Virus record (IMG/VR): IMGVR_UViG_3300027956_000478
Coordinates: 1 to 49,652 of that record
Length of the DNA: 49,652 bases
Source: a virus
Taxonomy: Duplodnaviria > Caudoviricetes
Direction: 5' to 3' (one strand)
The notes beneath the pieces are model-generated. The model made no database searches. It had not been told where the DNA came from and worked only from the letters and a program-made list of their open reading frames with translations. The translations under genes were made by a program, and so were the position numbers. The first letter of the stretch is position 1. Each line of letters opens with the position of its first letter. Shown here in pieces: positions 18,922-28,464 of the stretch.

Positions 18922-19438
18922 GTGACTGTCTAGCTGTCCATGTAGCAAATTCTTTATCGTGTATAATATAAGCTCGATACTGATCTACAACACTTAATTC
19001 GTTAAAGTTAGGTAATTTACGACAGTTACAATCTACACCAATAGCTACAGCATAAGGCGTCAGAGGAATATCGGTTGTAATAATATTATGTACATTTTTA
19101 CTACACCACTCAATAAAAGTTCTTGTAAAATGTTCCTTTGAGTCAGGCCATCTATACATACGCTCAGTAAACATTTCGAGAGTATGATTTACAAGCCATT
19201 CAAAGTTAGATTTAGTTTCTCTAGCCCATATAGAACATTGATGCTTAGCATAACCTTTACCGGATTTACGTGGTTTACCTGATTGCGTTCTAGGAGTAGA
19301 AGGATGGTCTAAGAGTTCTTGAGGAAAAGCATGCGCTAGCATAATAGCACCCTCAATTTGCATTTTAGACCTTACGTGTTGATCACAAAGATCCCGTGCT
19401 GCTAACACGGGATCGTCGTTAGTTACGAAAATATTCAT
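18872..19438 (-). CDS. Pyrimidine-dimer DNA glycosylase / DenV-like protein
   Basis: MNIFVTNDDPVLAARDLCDQHV..KM..E...ML, HQCSIWARE, YRAYI..K...W..R..PSW. Confidence 0.75.
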   Translation of the reverse strand: MNIFVTNDDPVLAARDLCDQHVRSKMQIEGAIMLAHAFPQELLDHPSTPRTQSGKPRKSGKGYAKHQCSIWARETKSNFEWLVNHTLEMFTERMYRWPDSKEHFTRTFIEWCSKNVHNIITTDIPLTPYAVAIGVDCNCRKLPNFNELSVVDQYRAYIIHDKEFATWTARQSPSWYHSVHQYDHLQYA

Positions 19439-19520
19439 AACTTAGTATATGTAAGTTCCTTTACTTAAGTTTAAGTTATCATATTTTGGTTAAACAAGAA
19501 ATTATGACTAAATAATATAT

Positions 19521-20147
19521 ATGCACTATTATGTCTATAACTGGGTAAATCCTAAAACAACAGAGGTTTTTTATGTTGGTAAGGGTAAATATGCTAAATG
19601 CTATGATAGAGCTTATAATAAACATCACGCGGGCAGATGTCAAAAAAAGAGAGAAAAACTACATTCTGAAGGTTATTCTGATGTGGATATAGTTCACATC
19701 ATAAAGGAGTTTAATACAGAACTTGAAGCTCTATCTTATGAAACAGAGCAAATCAATACATACGGTATTATAGAAGAGGGTGGAACGCTATTTAATTTCC
19801 GTAAAAATGGCACCGAGGCTGGCAGCTATCAAAAATATAGAGATAGGGATATTAAGGATATTATTAAAGCGTATGAATCAGGTATGACTATGTTAAAAAT
19901 AGGTGAGATGTATAATGTACATGAAACCACAATTCGAAAATATCTTAAAGAAAGTAACGCCATAATAAGACGGCAAGGAAAAGACTTAAAGAACCCACCT
20001 CCAAACTTTAACGATGCTTACGAAAAAGTATTGAGAGGTGAGCTTAGGAGGTGTGATCTTAAAAAGGAGCTTAATACTAATACGTATCAGAATATTTTAA
20101 GATGGATTAAAATATATGAGAGCTCTATCTCGGCTCTGCCATCTTAA
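19521..20147 (+). CDS. GIY-YIG-type homing endonuclease with a C-terminal HTH
   Basis: YYVYNW...FYVGKG...ALSYETEQI...LFN; [24 protein letters not shown]; TAAATA at 19509-19514; overlaps the folE 3' end by 23 nt. Confidence 0.8.
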   Translation: MHYYVYNWVNPKTTEVFYVGKGKYAKCYDRAYNKHHAGRCQKKREKLHSEGYSDVDIVHIIKEFNTELEALSYETEQINTYGIIEEGGTLFNFRKNGTEAGSYQKYRDRDIKDIIKAYESGMTMLKIGEMYNVHETTIRKYLKESNAIIRRQGKDLKNPPPNFNDAYEKVLRGELRRCDLKKELNTNTYQNILRWIKIYESSISALPS

Positions 20148-20793
20148 TAAAATCATAAAATTCCAAACGCGTTTTTGCGTCAGTCATAAAGTCTCCAGAA
20201 AGCTTACTAGTTACCATATAACAACCATCATGTCTCACTCCTCGATTACATGCACATGTATGTTGAGCTTTAATTAAAACGGCAACACCTAAATTACCTA
20301 TACAAGCGGTGTTAATTGCGTTATGAATCTGTACACTCAACCCTTCCTGAATTTGCGGACGGCGAGCATAAAACTCTACTATTCTATTAAGCTTACTAAG
20401 TCCAATAACCTTACCGTCGAGACTAGGAATATAAGCGAGATGAGCTACACCTGTAAAAGCTAAATGGTGATGTGAACAAAGAGACTTAACAGGAATATTA
20501 CATTGAGCTACAATACCATCATAACCCTCATTCGGAAATGCAGTTACATTAGGTTGACTATCATAACAACCGGTTGCAATATCATTAACAAAAGCCTTTG
20601 CAACTCGCATCGGCGTATTATCTGAGTTTGGATCATTACGCCAATCAAAGCCCAAAGCATCCATATATTTTTCATAAGCTTTAGCTGCACGTTTAATAAT
20701 AGCCTGCTTTTCTTTCTCTGTACGTGGAGCATTTCCGTTTGCATAAGGTAGTTTAATAGTCTCACCAATTTCTGAATTATCAAAATCTTCCAT
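20125..20793 (-). CDS. folE: GTP cyclohydrolase I
   Basis: [40 protein letters not shown]; start at 20793 lies 7 nt after TTGAAA-N16-TATAAT. Confidence 0.95.
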   Translation of the reverse strand: MEDFDNSEIGETIKLPYANGNAPRTEKEKQAIIKRAAKAYEKYMDALGFDWRNDPNSDNTPMRVAKAFVNDIATGCYDSQPNVTAFPNEGYDGIVAQCNIPVKSLCSHHHLAFTGVAHLAYIPSLDGKVIGLSKLNRIVEFYARRPQIQEGLSVQIHNAINTACIGNLGVAVLIKAQHTCACNRGVRHDGCYMVTSKLSGDFMTDAKTRLEFYDFIKMAEPR

Positions 20794-20842
20794 AATCACA
20801 ATTATAAGTAATAATTTATAGATTTCAACTATAAATATTAGT

Positions 20843-21673
20843 ATGCACAAAGTTTCGCAGCGGGAATTAATAGGAGAAGGGTTTTTAGATGTAATGCGTC
20901 GTGCAGGTAGTATCGCAAGAGCAGCAGTAAAAGGTGTAGCAAAAGGTATATACTCAATGGATCCTAGCGGATTTAATACAATAGCAGCACCGTTTAAAAC
21001 TATTGCAGCACCTATAACGGGTGCTTTAAAACAAATTAAACAAGATGATCCAAAGAAATTCGTCTTGCAAGAGTTAAAAGCGTCGTATTACAAAACCTTC
21101 AACCCCAACAGTATAGAGGTTTTAGAGGTTAAAAAGGATACAACATCACAACAAAATGTTCAATATTTACCTAAAGTTAATACGAGTACAAATAGATTTA
21201 TTGTTAGTTTTAGAGCGGAAAGATTTATACCAACAGGTGGCTCGTCACCATCAGAAACTTATTATGCTTATGTTTTTAGAAGTGGAGAAAAAAACGAATT
21301 TTCAATGGATGTAAGAGATAAAGAGGGTAATCCAATACAAGGTGAAAAAAGTAAAGAAGCTAAAAAACCTACTTTTAATAGTATTATAAAAAACTACCAA
21401 TCAAAAGGTAATGTTATTACAGTTGCCTTATTATCAACTATTATTACCAAAAATCTAGGTATTAGTGAACGACAATACGCAAATAAGCTATCACCAGGTG
21501 CGACGGGTATGGATGGAGTTATTATGGATATTACGAATAAAACAGCCGTTCAGGATGTACTTAACGCGGATGATATTAAAAGTGTTTATCAAGTATTACA
21601 AACACGTGGTTTAACAGAAAAAGTTAAAGTATCTCAAAAAGTTTTACTTGAACAGTTGAAAAATTTATCGTAG
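20843..21673 (+). CDS. Hypothetical late protein, probably virion-associated
   Basis: TATAAATA at 20830-20837; [10 protein letters not shown] at the N-terminus is echoed by KVSQKVLLE at the C-terminus. Confidence 0.7.
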   Translation: MHKVSQRELIGEGFLDVMRRAGSIARAAVKGVAKGIYSMDPSGFNTIAAPFKTIAAPITGALKQIKQDDPKKFVLQELKASYYKTFNPNSIEVLEVKKDTTSQQNVQYLPKVNTSTNRFIVSFRAERFIPTGGSSPSETYYAYVFRSGEKNEFSMDVRDKEGNPIQGEKSKEAKKPTFNSIIKNYQSKGNVITVALLSTIITKNLGISERQYANKLSPGATGMDGVIMDITNKTAVQDVLNADDIKSVYQVLQTRGLTEKVKVSQKVLLEQLKNLS

Positions 21674-21683
21674 TATTTATACT
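21656..21683 (+). promoter_or_regulatory. sigma70-like promoter of queD
   Basis: TTGAAA-N16-TATACT-N6-ATG. Confidence 0.65.
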
Positions 21684-21689
21684 ATAGAT

Positions 21690-22334
21690 ATGAAATCAAA
21701 TGCTGTTTTTCAGTCAACAAAAGTAATCGAGCTCGGTTCATGCGCATTTAGACAATGGCGAGCATCACATTCACACTGCAGATTCCTTCATGGATATCAG
21801 CTCAAAGCTAAACTATGGTTTAGCGGTTCATCGCTCGATGATAAGAACTGGGTAGTTGATTTTGGAGGTTTAAAAGAACTTAAAGCTAAACTAAATAGTA
21901 TATATGATCATACAACTACTGTTGCTGCAGATGATCCTGAACTAGAGACGTTCAAGCAGTTACATGATAAGGGTATTATTCAACTATATATTCTAAAAGA
22001 TGGTGCGGGGATTGAACGTGCAGCTGAAGTTGTCTTTAATATTGCACAAGAACACATTAACTCTATTACTAACGGTCGATGCTGGGTAGACAAAGTTGAG
22101 GTTTTCGAACATGAAGATAATTCTGCGACTTTCGGTAGTAATGAACTCAAGTATAATACCACGACAGGTCTTAATTTTAATCAAAATCCTCTCCTACAAG
22201 TACAGGAAACTACTACAACTACTACAACTAATCAACAAGATCCAACACCACCATCACGCGCGGCAAATGTTGGACCAGGTCCTATTTCAAACAATATGGG
22301 TAATCCGTTCGCAGGTACTTCGTGGGGTGCTTAA
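21690..22334 (+). CDS. queD: 6-carboxytetrahydropterin synthase with a low-complexity C-terminal tail
   Basis: CAFRQWRA.SHCRFLHGY, WVVDFGGLK, YDHT, VEVFEHEDNSA. Confidence 0.9.
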   Translation: MKSNAVFQSTKVIELGSCAFRQWRASHSHCRFLHGYQLKAKLWFSGSSLDDKNWVVDFGGLKELKAKLNSIYDHTTTVAADDPELETFKQLHDKGIIQLYILKDGAGIERAAEVVFNIAQEHINSITNGRCWVDKVEVFEHEDNSATFGSNELKYNTTTGLNFNQNPLLQVQETTTTTTTNQQDPTPPSRAANVGPGPISNNMGNPFAGTSWGA

Positions 22335-22585
22335 TGACGCTTGGCGTCTAGTACCTTAACAATAAACTTAAGGATCTTACTTCTAACGATTTCAGATTCT
22401 CTAAATTCGAATGCGTGGATTTTTTGATCCACGCATTCGCCTGTATCAAAGCGTTCGTATATTTCTTGAAAACCTGATAACTTACCGATATCACTTTGAT
22501 TTAAATCGCCACAAATAACATATTTTGTATTCTTACCAAAACGTGTTAATATTGTAACAAGCTCAGGTTTAGATAAATTCTGCGC
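22331..22585 (-). pseudogene. phoH: Displaced second copy of the phoH 3' end (84 intact codons plus stop, no start codon)
   Basis: Manual translation AQNLSKPELVTILTRFGKNTKYVICGDLNQSDIGKLSGFQEIYERFDTGECVDQKIHAFEFRESEIVRSKILKFIVKVLDAKRH*; about 52/84 identical by hand to the C-terminus of ORF 23609-24352. Confidence 0.92.
22408..22439. repeat. Perfect 13-bp inverted repeat (possible bidirectional terminator)
   Basis: CGAATGCGTGGAT-TTTTTG-ATCCACGCATTCG. Confidence 0.85.
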
Positions 22586-23857
22586 GTTTAGTATAAATAA
22601 TTTATATGAATAAATTTATACAAATTTTAAAAAATAACGCTGACAATAACAAATATACGAAGCGGTATATTGCTCTTATTGATTATTATTACCATAATAA
22701 AGTTAATTCAGTATATACAGAAAAGCATCATATACTACCCAAGTCATTTAGTGATATTAGTATTACAGATATAAACAATAGCGATAATATTGTTATATTA
22801 GACGCTCGTGCTCACTTTATAGCACATCTATTACTTACTAAAATGTTCACAACAAATAAATTAATGAATAAAAAAATGAATTTTGCTTTTTTTCAAATGA
22901 AATTAACAAATAAATTTCAAGATCGTAGGTATATAAACTCTAGATTTTATTCTAAAGTAAAAAAACAAATTGCAGAATATACAAGACTTTATAAAGGAGA
23001 GTGTGTTAGATATATTGACAAGAATGATATTTTATACAATAAAAAATATAAAGATTATATAACAGATGGATATTCATTAGAAATGACACCTGAATTTAAA
23101 GTAGGTCGTGTGGGTAATATGAAAGGAAAAAAACATTCATCAAAAACAAAAGAGCGAATGAGTATTGCTGCAAAGCGTATAATTCATTATGGGTTGCTAA
23201 ATATGACATTAGAGCAGAAAAAAGCAGCTATAAATAGAGGGCAGGAAACTAAAAAGCAGAAACTATCTGTGGATCCACATATATATGATGAAAGTCGTGC
23301 ACGTGCAAGAGAAAAAACCAAAGAACTATACAGATCTGGAGTTTTATCTAACAAAGGAGAAAATAATAGTCGCTTCGGTAAACCTGTCTCAGAAAAACAA
23401 AGGCAAAAAACATCTGAAATTAAACAGAGACGTTCTAATAGTGGCTATACACATAAAGAGACATATTTTATGTATGTTAAGCCAGCATTAGATCAAGGAC
23501 TAACACTTACGGAAATTGCTATAAAGCATCCCTACTATACAGGTAGTAAAGCTAATAAAGCATACCATTTACGTCAAGTTATTAAAAAAAATATACAGCA
23601 GTATAAAGTCATTGATTGCATTTAAGTTTTCTAGCTATAAACTTAAGAATTTTACTTCTAACGATTTCAGATTCTCCAAATTCAAAGCAGTGAATGTTAT
23701 TCATAACACTTTCCTCGTCGTTGAACGAGTTATAAACATTAACAAACCCGGAATTTTTAATATTACTCTGATTTTTATCGCCGCAAATAACATACTTAGT
23801 GTTTTTACCAAAGCGTGTAAGGATTACTTTTAATTCGTCTAAATCGTTATTTTGAGC
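22586..23857. mobile_element. Homing cassette: late promoter, HNH endonuclease and replacement phoH 3' end
   Basis: Deleting 22586-23857 in silico fuses phoH ...IVDE in frame to the displaced AQNLSK... end. Confidence 0.8.
22606..23625 (+). CDS. HNH homing endonuclease (Mob-like) with NUMOD3-type repeats
   Basis: TEKHHILPKS...NIVILDARAHFIAHLLL; GKKHSSKTKERMS; TATAAATA at 22592-22599; overlaps the phoH 3' end by 17 nt. Confidence 0.88.
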   Translation: MNKFIQILKNNADNNKYTKRYIALIDYYYHNKVNSVYTEKHHILPKSFSDISITDINNSDNIVILDARAHFIAHLLLTKMFTTNKLMNKKMNFAFFQMKLTNKFQDRRYINSRFYSKVKKQIAEYTRLYKGECVRYIDKNDILYNKKYKDYITDGYSLEMTPEFKVGRVGNMKGKKHSSKTKERMSIAAKRIIHYGLLNMTLEQKKAAINRGQETKKQKLSVDPHIYDESRARAREKTKELYRSGVLSNKGENNSRFGKPVSEKQRQKTSEIKQRRSNSGYTHKETYFMYVKPALDQGLTLTEIAIKHPYYTGSKANKAYHLRQVIKKNIQQYKVIDCI

Positions 23858-24352
23858 TTCATCTACGATAACTAGTGCATCATTAAAGGTTAAACCTCTA
23901 ACAAAGTTAACCGGTATAGCTTGAATAATATTGTTTGCTTTGAGAGAATTACATGTACCTGTACCTGTAATTTCTGTTATTTTTTCTATAAGAGGCATAG
24001 CGTACGGTGAGAACTTGTCATCTATCTCTCCCGGTAGAGCCCCAATGCTACGTGATGCCGACTCAATAACTGATCTAATGTATATAATGCCTGTTATCTT
24101 CTTCTCCTTAAGCAGCTCGAGGCCTGCTAACACAGCAATATAAGACTTTGCAGAACCTGCAGGTCCGGCTACGAAAGCCATATTCGTGTCATCATCTTTT
24201 ATACAATTATAAAACTGTTGATGATTAGTGTTGAAGTGGAAGGGTTTCTTGATTTTAAAATCAAGCATCCAGTTTTTTTGAAAAGAAGCTTCTATTTCGG
24301 AAACTTCCTCCAAACCAGCAGTTTTGCGCTTACGCGCCACTTTACGGGTCAT
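23609..24352 (-). CDS. phoH: PhoH-like ATPase
   Basis: GPAGSAKS, IGALPGEIDDKFSPY, FVRGLTF, IVDEAQN, ILTRFG, CGD..QS, IVRS. Confidence 0.93.
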   Translation of the reverse strand: MTRKVARKRKTAGLEEVSEIEASFQKNWMLDFKIKKPFHFNTNHQQFYNCIKDDDTNMAFVAGPAGSAKSYIAVLAGLELLKEKKITGIIYIRSVIESASRSIGALPGEIDDKFSPYAMPLIEKITEITGTGTCNSLKANNIIQAIPVNFVRGLTFNDALVIVDEAQNNDLDELKVILTRFGKNTKYVICGDKNQSNIKNSGFVNVYNSFNDEESVMNNIHCFEFGESEIVRSKILKFIARKLKCNQ

Positions 24353-24367
24353 ACTTAAATTATTTAA

Positions 24368-24682
24368 TCAAAAGTAATTATTTTACAGTCTACTTATAGT
24401 ATAATTAAACCTCACTTCCAACAAGCAGAGCTTGAATATGAGGTTATTACTGATAATAATAAAACGATTTGGTTAGATATAGCGATTCCAGATTTAAAAA
24501 TTAATATTGAATATGATGGTATATATTGGCATACTAAAAATAAAACTACAATATCACTATCAGATGAAAACCGGGATGAATTTCTACGTAATAAAGGGTG
24601 GAGAGTATTCAGAATTAGATCTATGAGAAATTTAACAGAAGAAGAGTTGAAAACAGAATTTAATAAGCTACAATTAATTTAA
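24368..24682 (+). pseudogene. Vsr/DUF559-like endonuclease domain with no ATG at its 5' end (not in the ORF track)
   Basis: Open frame ...IIKPHFQQAELEYEV...WLDIAIPDLKINIEYDGIYWH...DENRDEFLRNKGWRVFRI...; bounded by TAA at 24365-24367 and 24680-24682. Confidence 0.75.
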
Positions 24683-24684
24683 TT

Positions 24685-25446
24685 ATGAGTATCGATTGTG
24701 ATAAAGAAACATTATTTCTCTCTAGCGACAAAGTCTTCTATACCTGCGAGGGAGAAGGTGAATATGTAGGTAAACCTTCTGTTTTTATGAGACTCGCTAG
24801 TTGTAACTTGACTTGTGCAGCATTTATTTCTGAGGATTCACCTAACGGATGTGACTCCTATATCTCTTGGTCGGTAAAAAATAAAATGACCTTCAATGAA
24901 ATTTTTGAATTACTTGAAACAGGTAATCATATTAACCATCTTAAAGAAGGTGCGATTTTTAAGCTTACAGGTGGTGAACCTCTTGTTTCTGGTAAGCAAC
25001 TTATTAAGTTTATCGAAGCTTTTGTGGTAAAGTATCAGTTTCTACCTCAAATAGATTTTGAAACAAATGCAACTATTATGCCTGATCCTAGATGGGTGAC
25101 TGAATTTAAGGCTACATTTACCACATCTCCTAAACTAACCACTAATGGAGATCCTGAAGAAAAAACATACAAACCTGCAGTTCTCAAATGGCATAAGGAG
25201 AATGGATCTGGTTTTAAGTTTGTTATTACCTGTTCAGAAGATATTAATGAAATCTGGCGTAAATATGTGTTGGATAATAATGGAATTAATGTACCTCTAA
25301 AGCGTATCTGGTTTATGCCTTGTTGTGGATCACGCATTGAGCACATCGAGAGAGCACCAGCTGTTGTCGAATATGCTAAGGCAATGCGTGTCAATTTTAG
25401 TCCTAGGCTACATCTACTCGTATGGGATAAAGCGTTATCTGTTTAA
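24685..25446 (+). CDS. queE: 7-carboxy-7-deazaguanine synthase (radical SAM)
   Basis: FYTCEGEG..VGKPSVFMRLASCNLTC...CDS, LTGGEP, FETN, SPKL, FKFV, FSPRLH. Confidence 0.92.
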   Translation: MSIDCDKETLFLSSDKVFYTCEGEGEYVGKPSVFMRLASCNLTCAAFISEDSPNGCDSYISWSVKNKMTFNEIFELLETGNHINHLKEGAIFKLTGGEPLVSGKQLIKFIEAFVVKYQFLPQIDFETNATIMPDPRWVTEFKATFTTSPKLTTNGDPEEKTYKPAVLKWHKENGSGFKFVITCSEDINEIWRKYVLDNNGINVPLKRIWFMPCCGSRIEHIERAPAVVEYAKAMRVNFSPRLHLLVWDKALSV

Positions 25447-25475
25447 TAAACTAATATTGCCGTCTAAATAGTTAT

Positions 25476-25829
25476 ATGAAGCTTAGTTTTATATTCACTA
25501 CACTTAATCAGTTAAAAATCGATCATTGGCAAACTAAAAGCTTTGCTGAACATAAAGCTCTAGGTAAGGCTTATGAAGAACTAGATGAGTTATTTGATTC
25601 TTTTGTAGAAAAATTCTACGGTCGACAAGGAATTACAGAGGATAAAGTAACATATACAATTAAGTTAGACTCTTATAAAGGTGACCTAGTAGCACAGTAT
25701 GACCAACTACGTAATTCTGTTATTGAATATCTTGATTCTATTACACAAAACCGTAATGACTTAAAAAATATTCAAGACGAAATAGAAGGTGCATTCAATC
25801 AGCTTCTATATAGATTACAGCAAAAGTAA
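25476..25829 (+). CDS. Ferritin/Dps-like four-helix protein
   Basis: HWQTKSFAEHKALGKAYEELDELFDSFVE...NQLLYRL; TAAATA at 25465-25470. Confidence 0.75.
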   Translation: MKLSFIFTTLNQLKIDHWQTKSFAEHKALGKAYEELDELFDSFVEKFYGRQGITEDKVTYTIKLDSYKGDLVAQYDQLRNSVIEYLDSITQNRNDLKNIQDEIEGAFNQLLYRLQQK

Positions 25830-25860
25830 TTTTTAGCTGTACATATATATAACTTAAAAT

Positions 25861-26520
25861 ATGCCTTACCTTAACCATAATATACCTACGATAACTTGCT
25901 TAATTCGTAACGAGTACTTGTTTAATCATGAATCAGGATTTGATGAATATACACCTTGTGATGTTCATACAGTAACATCTATAGAGAAGAGAGTTCCATT
26001 ATTTGAAGGTTTTTTGACTAATGGAGTCAATTGGACTCGTAGACCTATTACAGCGTTTTGCTGGAAGCCATGTAAACCTGTACCGTTGGAGCACGCAATG
26101 TATTGGGACTGCTTTAGTCCATATATTGACGTTCAAGTTCGCACGAGAATGAAAGGTCTCAGAGCCTTACTGATTACACCGCTAAATACCAAAGAAGCGG
26201 GTGAATATATGTTCACGTTAGATTGGGGATGGGAAAATAAAAGTATTTTGGATACAAATTTCTCCGAAACACCAGAGCATAAATGTGCTCATATGTTCAA
26301 AATGGATAATGGAAACTTCTATGCTTACCCTAACAATCGAATTATATGGCATGATAATGCATGGGTAGACAAACCTATTGATAGAAATCCTGGTTACAAA
26401 ATTGATTTAACCACATATAGTGTGGAAAATAAAAAATCTATATTTACAGACTATAGTTATATGACCGAGTTTACTTCTGACCCCCAGCAAACAGATACAG
26501 AAAAAACTTATTATAAATGA
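25861..26520 (+). CDS. Hypothetical phage protein
   Basis: 219 aa ORF; WDCFS, YMFTLDW, EHKCAH, GNFYAYPNNRIIW. Confidence 0.75.
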   Translation: MPYLNHNIPTITCLIRNEYLFNHESGFDEYTPCDVHTVTSIEKRVPLFEGFLTNGVNWTRRPITAFCWKPCKPVPLEHAMYWDCFSPYIDVQVRTRMKGLRALLITPLNTKEAGEYMFTLDWGWENKSILDTNFSETPEHKCAHMFKMDNGNFYAYPNNRIIWHDNAWVDKPIDRNPGYKIDLTTYSVENKKSIFTDYSYMTEFTSDPQQTDTEKTYYK

Positions 26521-27119
26521 AGTCTTATAAAGTACTTGTACTAAATAAATTTTATTTTCCTTTAGCTGTGGAGGATGTTGAGAGAACATTCGGTAATATA
26601 TTCTCAGGGTCCGTTATACCTCTTGATATTAGTTATGAGATGACTGATGAAAATACAGTTAATCTAGAGAATATCGAGTATTTTATGCCTATATCTAACG
26701 TTAAGGAATGGTTAGAACTACCTATAAGACCCTTTGATGAATATATTCAAACAGCTAGAGGACCTATTCGTATACCTTCTGTTGTTATATGCTCACGGTT
26801 TGATAAAGTTATATATAACAAAATTCAATTCCCTACCAAACAAAACATACTTAAACGGGATAACTATACCTGTGTATATACAGGTGTAAAGTTAGCCAAA
26901 GAGAATCTTAGTGTAGATCATATTATACCTAAGAGTAGAGGTGGTAGAGATACATGGGAGAATATGGTATGTTGCGATAGGCTTCTTAATTCTAAAAAAG
27001 CATCTTTTACACTAGATCAAGTTGGCTTAAAACTGAGGTATAAACCGTATAAGCCAAAGAATGGAATGGCGTTAGATCTTTATAAAGATGAATGGGCTTC
27101 TTTCTTGAAAAATCTATAA
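26517..27119 (+). CDS. HNH (McrA-like) endonuclease
   Basis: VLVLN..Y.P, NILKRDNYTCVYTG, SVDHIIPKSRGGRDTWENMVCC...N..K. Confidence 0.85.
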   Translation: MKSYKVLVLNKFYFPLAVEDVERTFGNIFSGSVIPLDISYEMTDENTVNLENIEYFMPISNVKEWLELPIRPFDEYIQTARGPIRIPSVVICSRFDKVIYNKIQFPTKQNILKRDNYTCVYTGVKLAKENLSVDHIIPKSRGGRDTWENMVCCDRLLNSKKASFTLDQVGLKLRYKPYKPKNGMALDLYKDEWASFLKNL

Positions 27120-27137
27120 TACAGATTATATAATTGT

Positions 27138-27908
27138 ATGAGAATCGCAGTTTCTGGTACAGCTAATACAGGTAAATCAACTCTTGTTAAGAATATATTG
27201 GCTGTTTGGCCTAACTACAAAACGCCTTCCAAGACCTATAGAGATATTATTAAAGAAAAGAATCTACCGCATTCTTCCAATACTTCGATTGACACGCAGT
27301 GGGATATTTTAAACTTTATGTTAGATCAGCTACAAGCTACTAATAAAAATTCTAATATTGTTTTTGATAGATGCCCACTTGATAACCTTGCGTATACTCT
27401 ATGGGCTCACGATCATGAAGTTGAAGGCTTTACTAAGGAGTATGTCGATAAAGCAATTAGACTTACGAAAGAATCTATGAGACATTTAGATCTCATCTTA
27501 CTTCTCAAATATGATCCAGCTATTAAGATAATCGATGATAGTTTACGTGATACGGATGAAACATTTATTAAAGAAATAGATGATATTTTTGACGCTCTAT
27601 ATCTACAGTATAGAATGAATTACGAGGCAGATATATTTTATCCGAAAGATGATTCACCGGGTGTTTTCGTTCTACCTACCGATCCACAAAAACGTATCGA
27701 TATGATCTCTGATTATCTTACACCGACAGGTGAACTATATAGTGAAGAAGAATCTATCTTTAACCCAGAAAAGATGAACGAACTCGAAGCACTTGTAAAG
27801 CAGCAAAAAGCAGCGCTTGAACAGGAAGAGGCTGAAAAAGCTCTCTTTGAAAAATTCGGTATGGCTAAGACTACTAAGCCAGTTGACCCCCGACAATTCT
27901 TACAGTAG
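27138..27908 (+). CDS. P-loop NTPase / nucleotide-kinase-like protein
   Basis: MRIAVSGTANTGKSTL, VFDRCPLDNLAY. Confidence 0.8.
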   Translation: MRIAVSGTANTGKSTLVKNILAVWPNYKTPSKTYRDIIKEKNLPHSSNTSIDTQWDILNFMLDQLQATNKNSNIVFDRCPLDNLAYTLWAHDHEVEGFTKEYVDKAIRLTKESMRHLDLILLLKYDPAIKIIDDSLRDTDETFIKEIDDIFDALYLQYRMNYEADIFYPKDDSPGVFVLPTDPQKRIDMISDYLTPTGELYSEEESIFNPEKMNELEALVKQQKAALEQEEAEKALFEKFGMAKTTKPVDPRQFLQ

Positions 27909-28410
27909 CTCTATCCGTTGTAGTTAAGTTGTAATTTTTATCTTTTATAAAGATATCAATATAACCTGTAGTTAAATCTGCTAATGAGCTAGGTCCTGCA
28001 AAAGAAGATAGAAATGAATCGGTTGTAAAACCGTATAGATTATCTTGGAAGCTTCTTGTAAAATTGACACGTACGGCAGATGTTGATTGAAATACAAGAG
28101 ATGATATATTTGAACCTTTTATAAGTTTAGGACCTGTACTATTATATCCTGATAAACTAAAAACAGCATATGTATCTACTACACTACTCAAAGATATAAC
28201 TTGAGAGCTTAGTGTTAATATATTAGTTGTATTTGTTGTTATAACATCACCGAATGTTGTATTATCTAATGTTATAATAAAATTTGAAAAATCTAAAATA
28301 GACGTCGCAGTAGGTGTTTCTACTATAAGAAAGTCGCCGCTAATAATATCACTAATCTCAGGAAGTTCTTTTATATTTAAATAAGTATTTTTACCGTCTG
28401 TACATGCCAT
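27874..28410 (-). CDS. Putative virion structural or fibre-associated protein
   Basis: NIKELPEI..I.SGDFLIVE N-terminus; Ser/Thr-rich; TAAATA 5 nt upstream (28416-28421). Confidence 0.6.
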   Translation of the reverse strand: MACTDGKNTYLNIKELPEISDIISGDFLIVETPTATSILDFSNFIITLDNTTFGDVITTNTTNILTLSSQVISLSSVVDTYAVFSLSGYNSTGPKLIKGSNISSLVFQSTSAVRVNFTRSFQDNLYGFTTDSFLSSFAGPSSLADLTTGYIDIFIKDKNYNLTTTDRATVRIVGGQLA

Positions 28411-28464
28411 ATATGTATTTATTGCAGTTGATCTTTTATTATAGGTGATATAATTAACAATGTA

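Noticed and set aside
19439-19520. A stranded original folE 3' end, as seen for phoH
   Set aside because: Minus-strand frames give only a weak ATGATAACT-TAAACTT echo of MVTSKL that needs an indel; not distinguishable from AT-rich chance.
22185-22334. ACT/ACA repeats in the queD tail as a repeat array
   Set aside because: Just a poly-Thr low-complexity coding linker.
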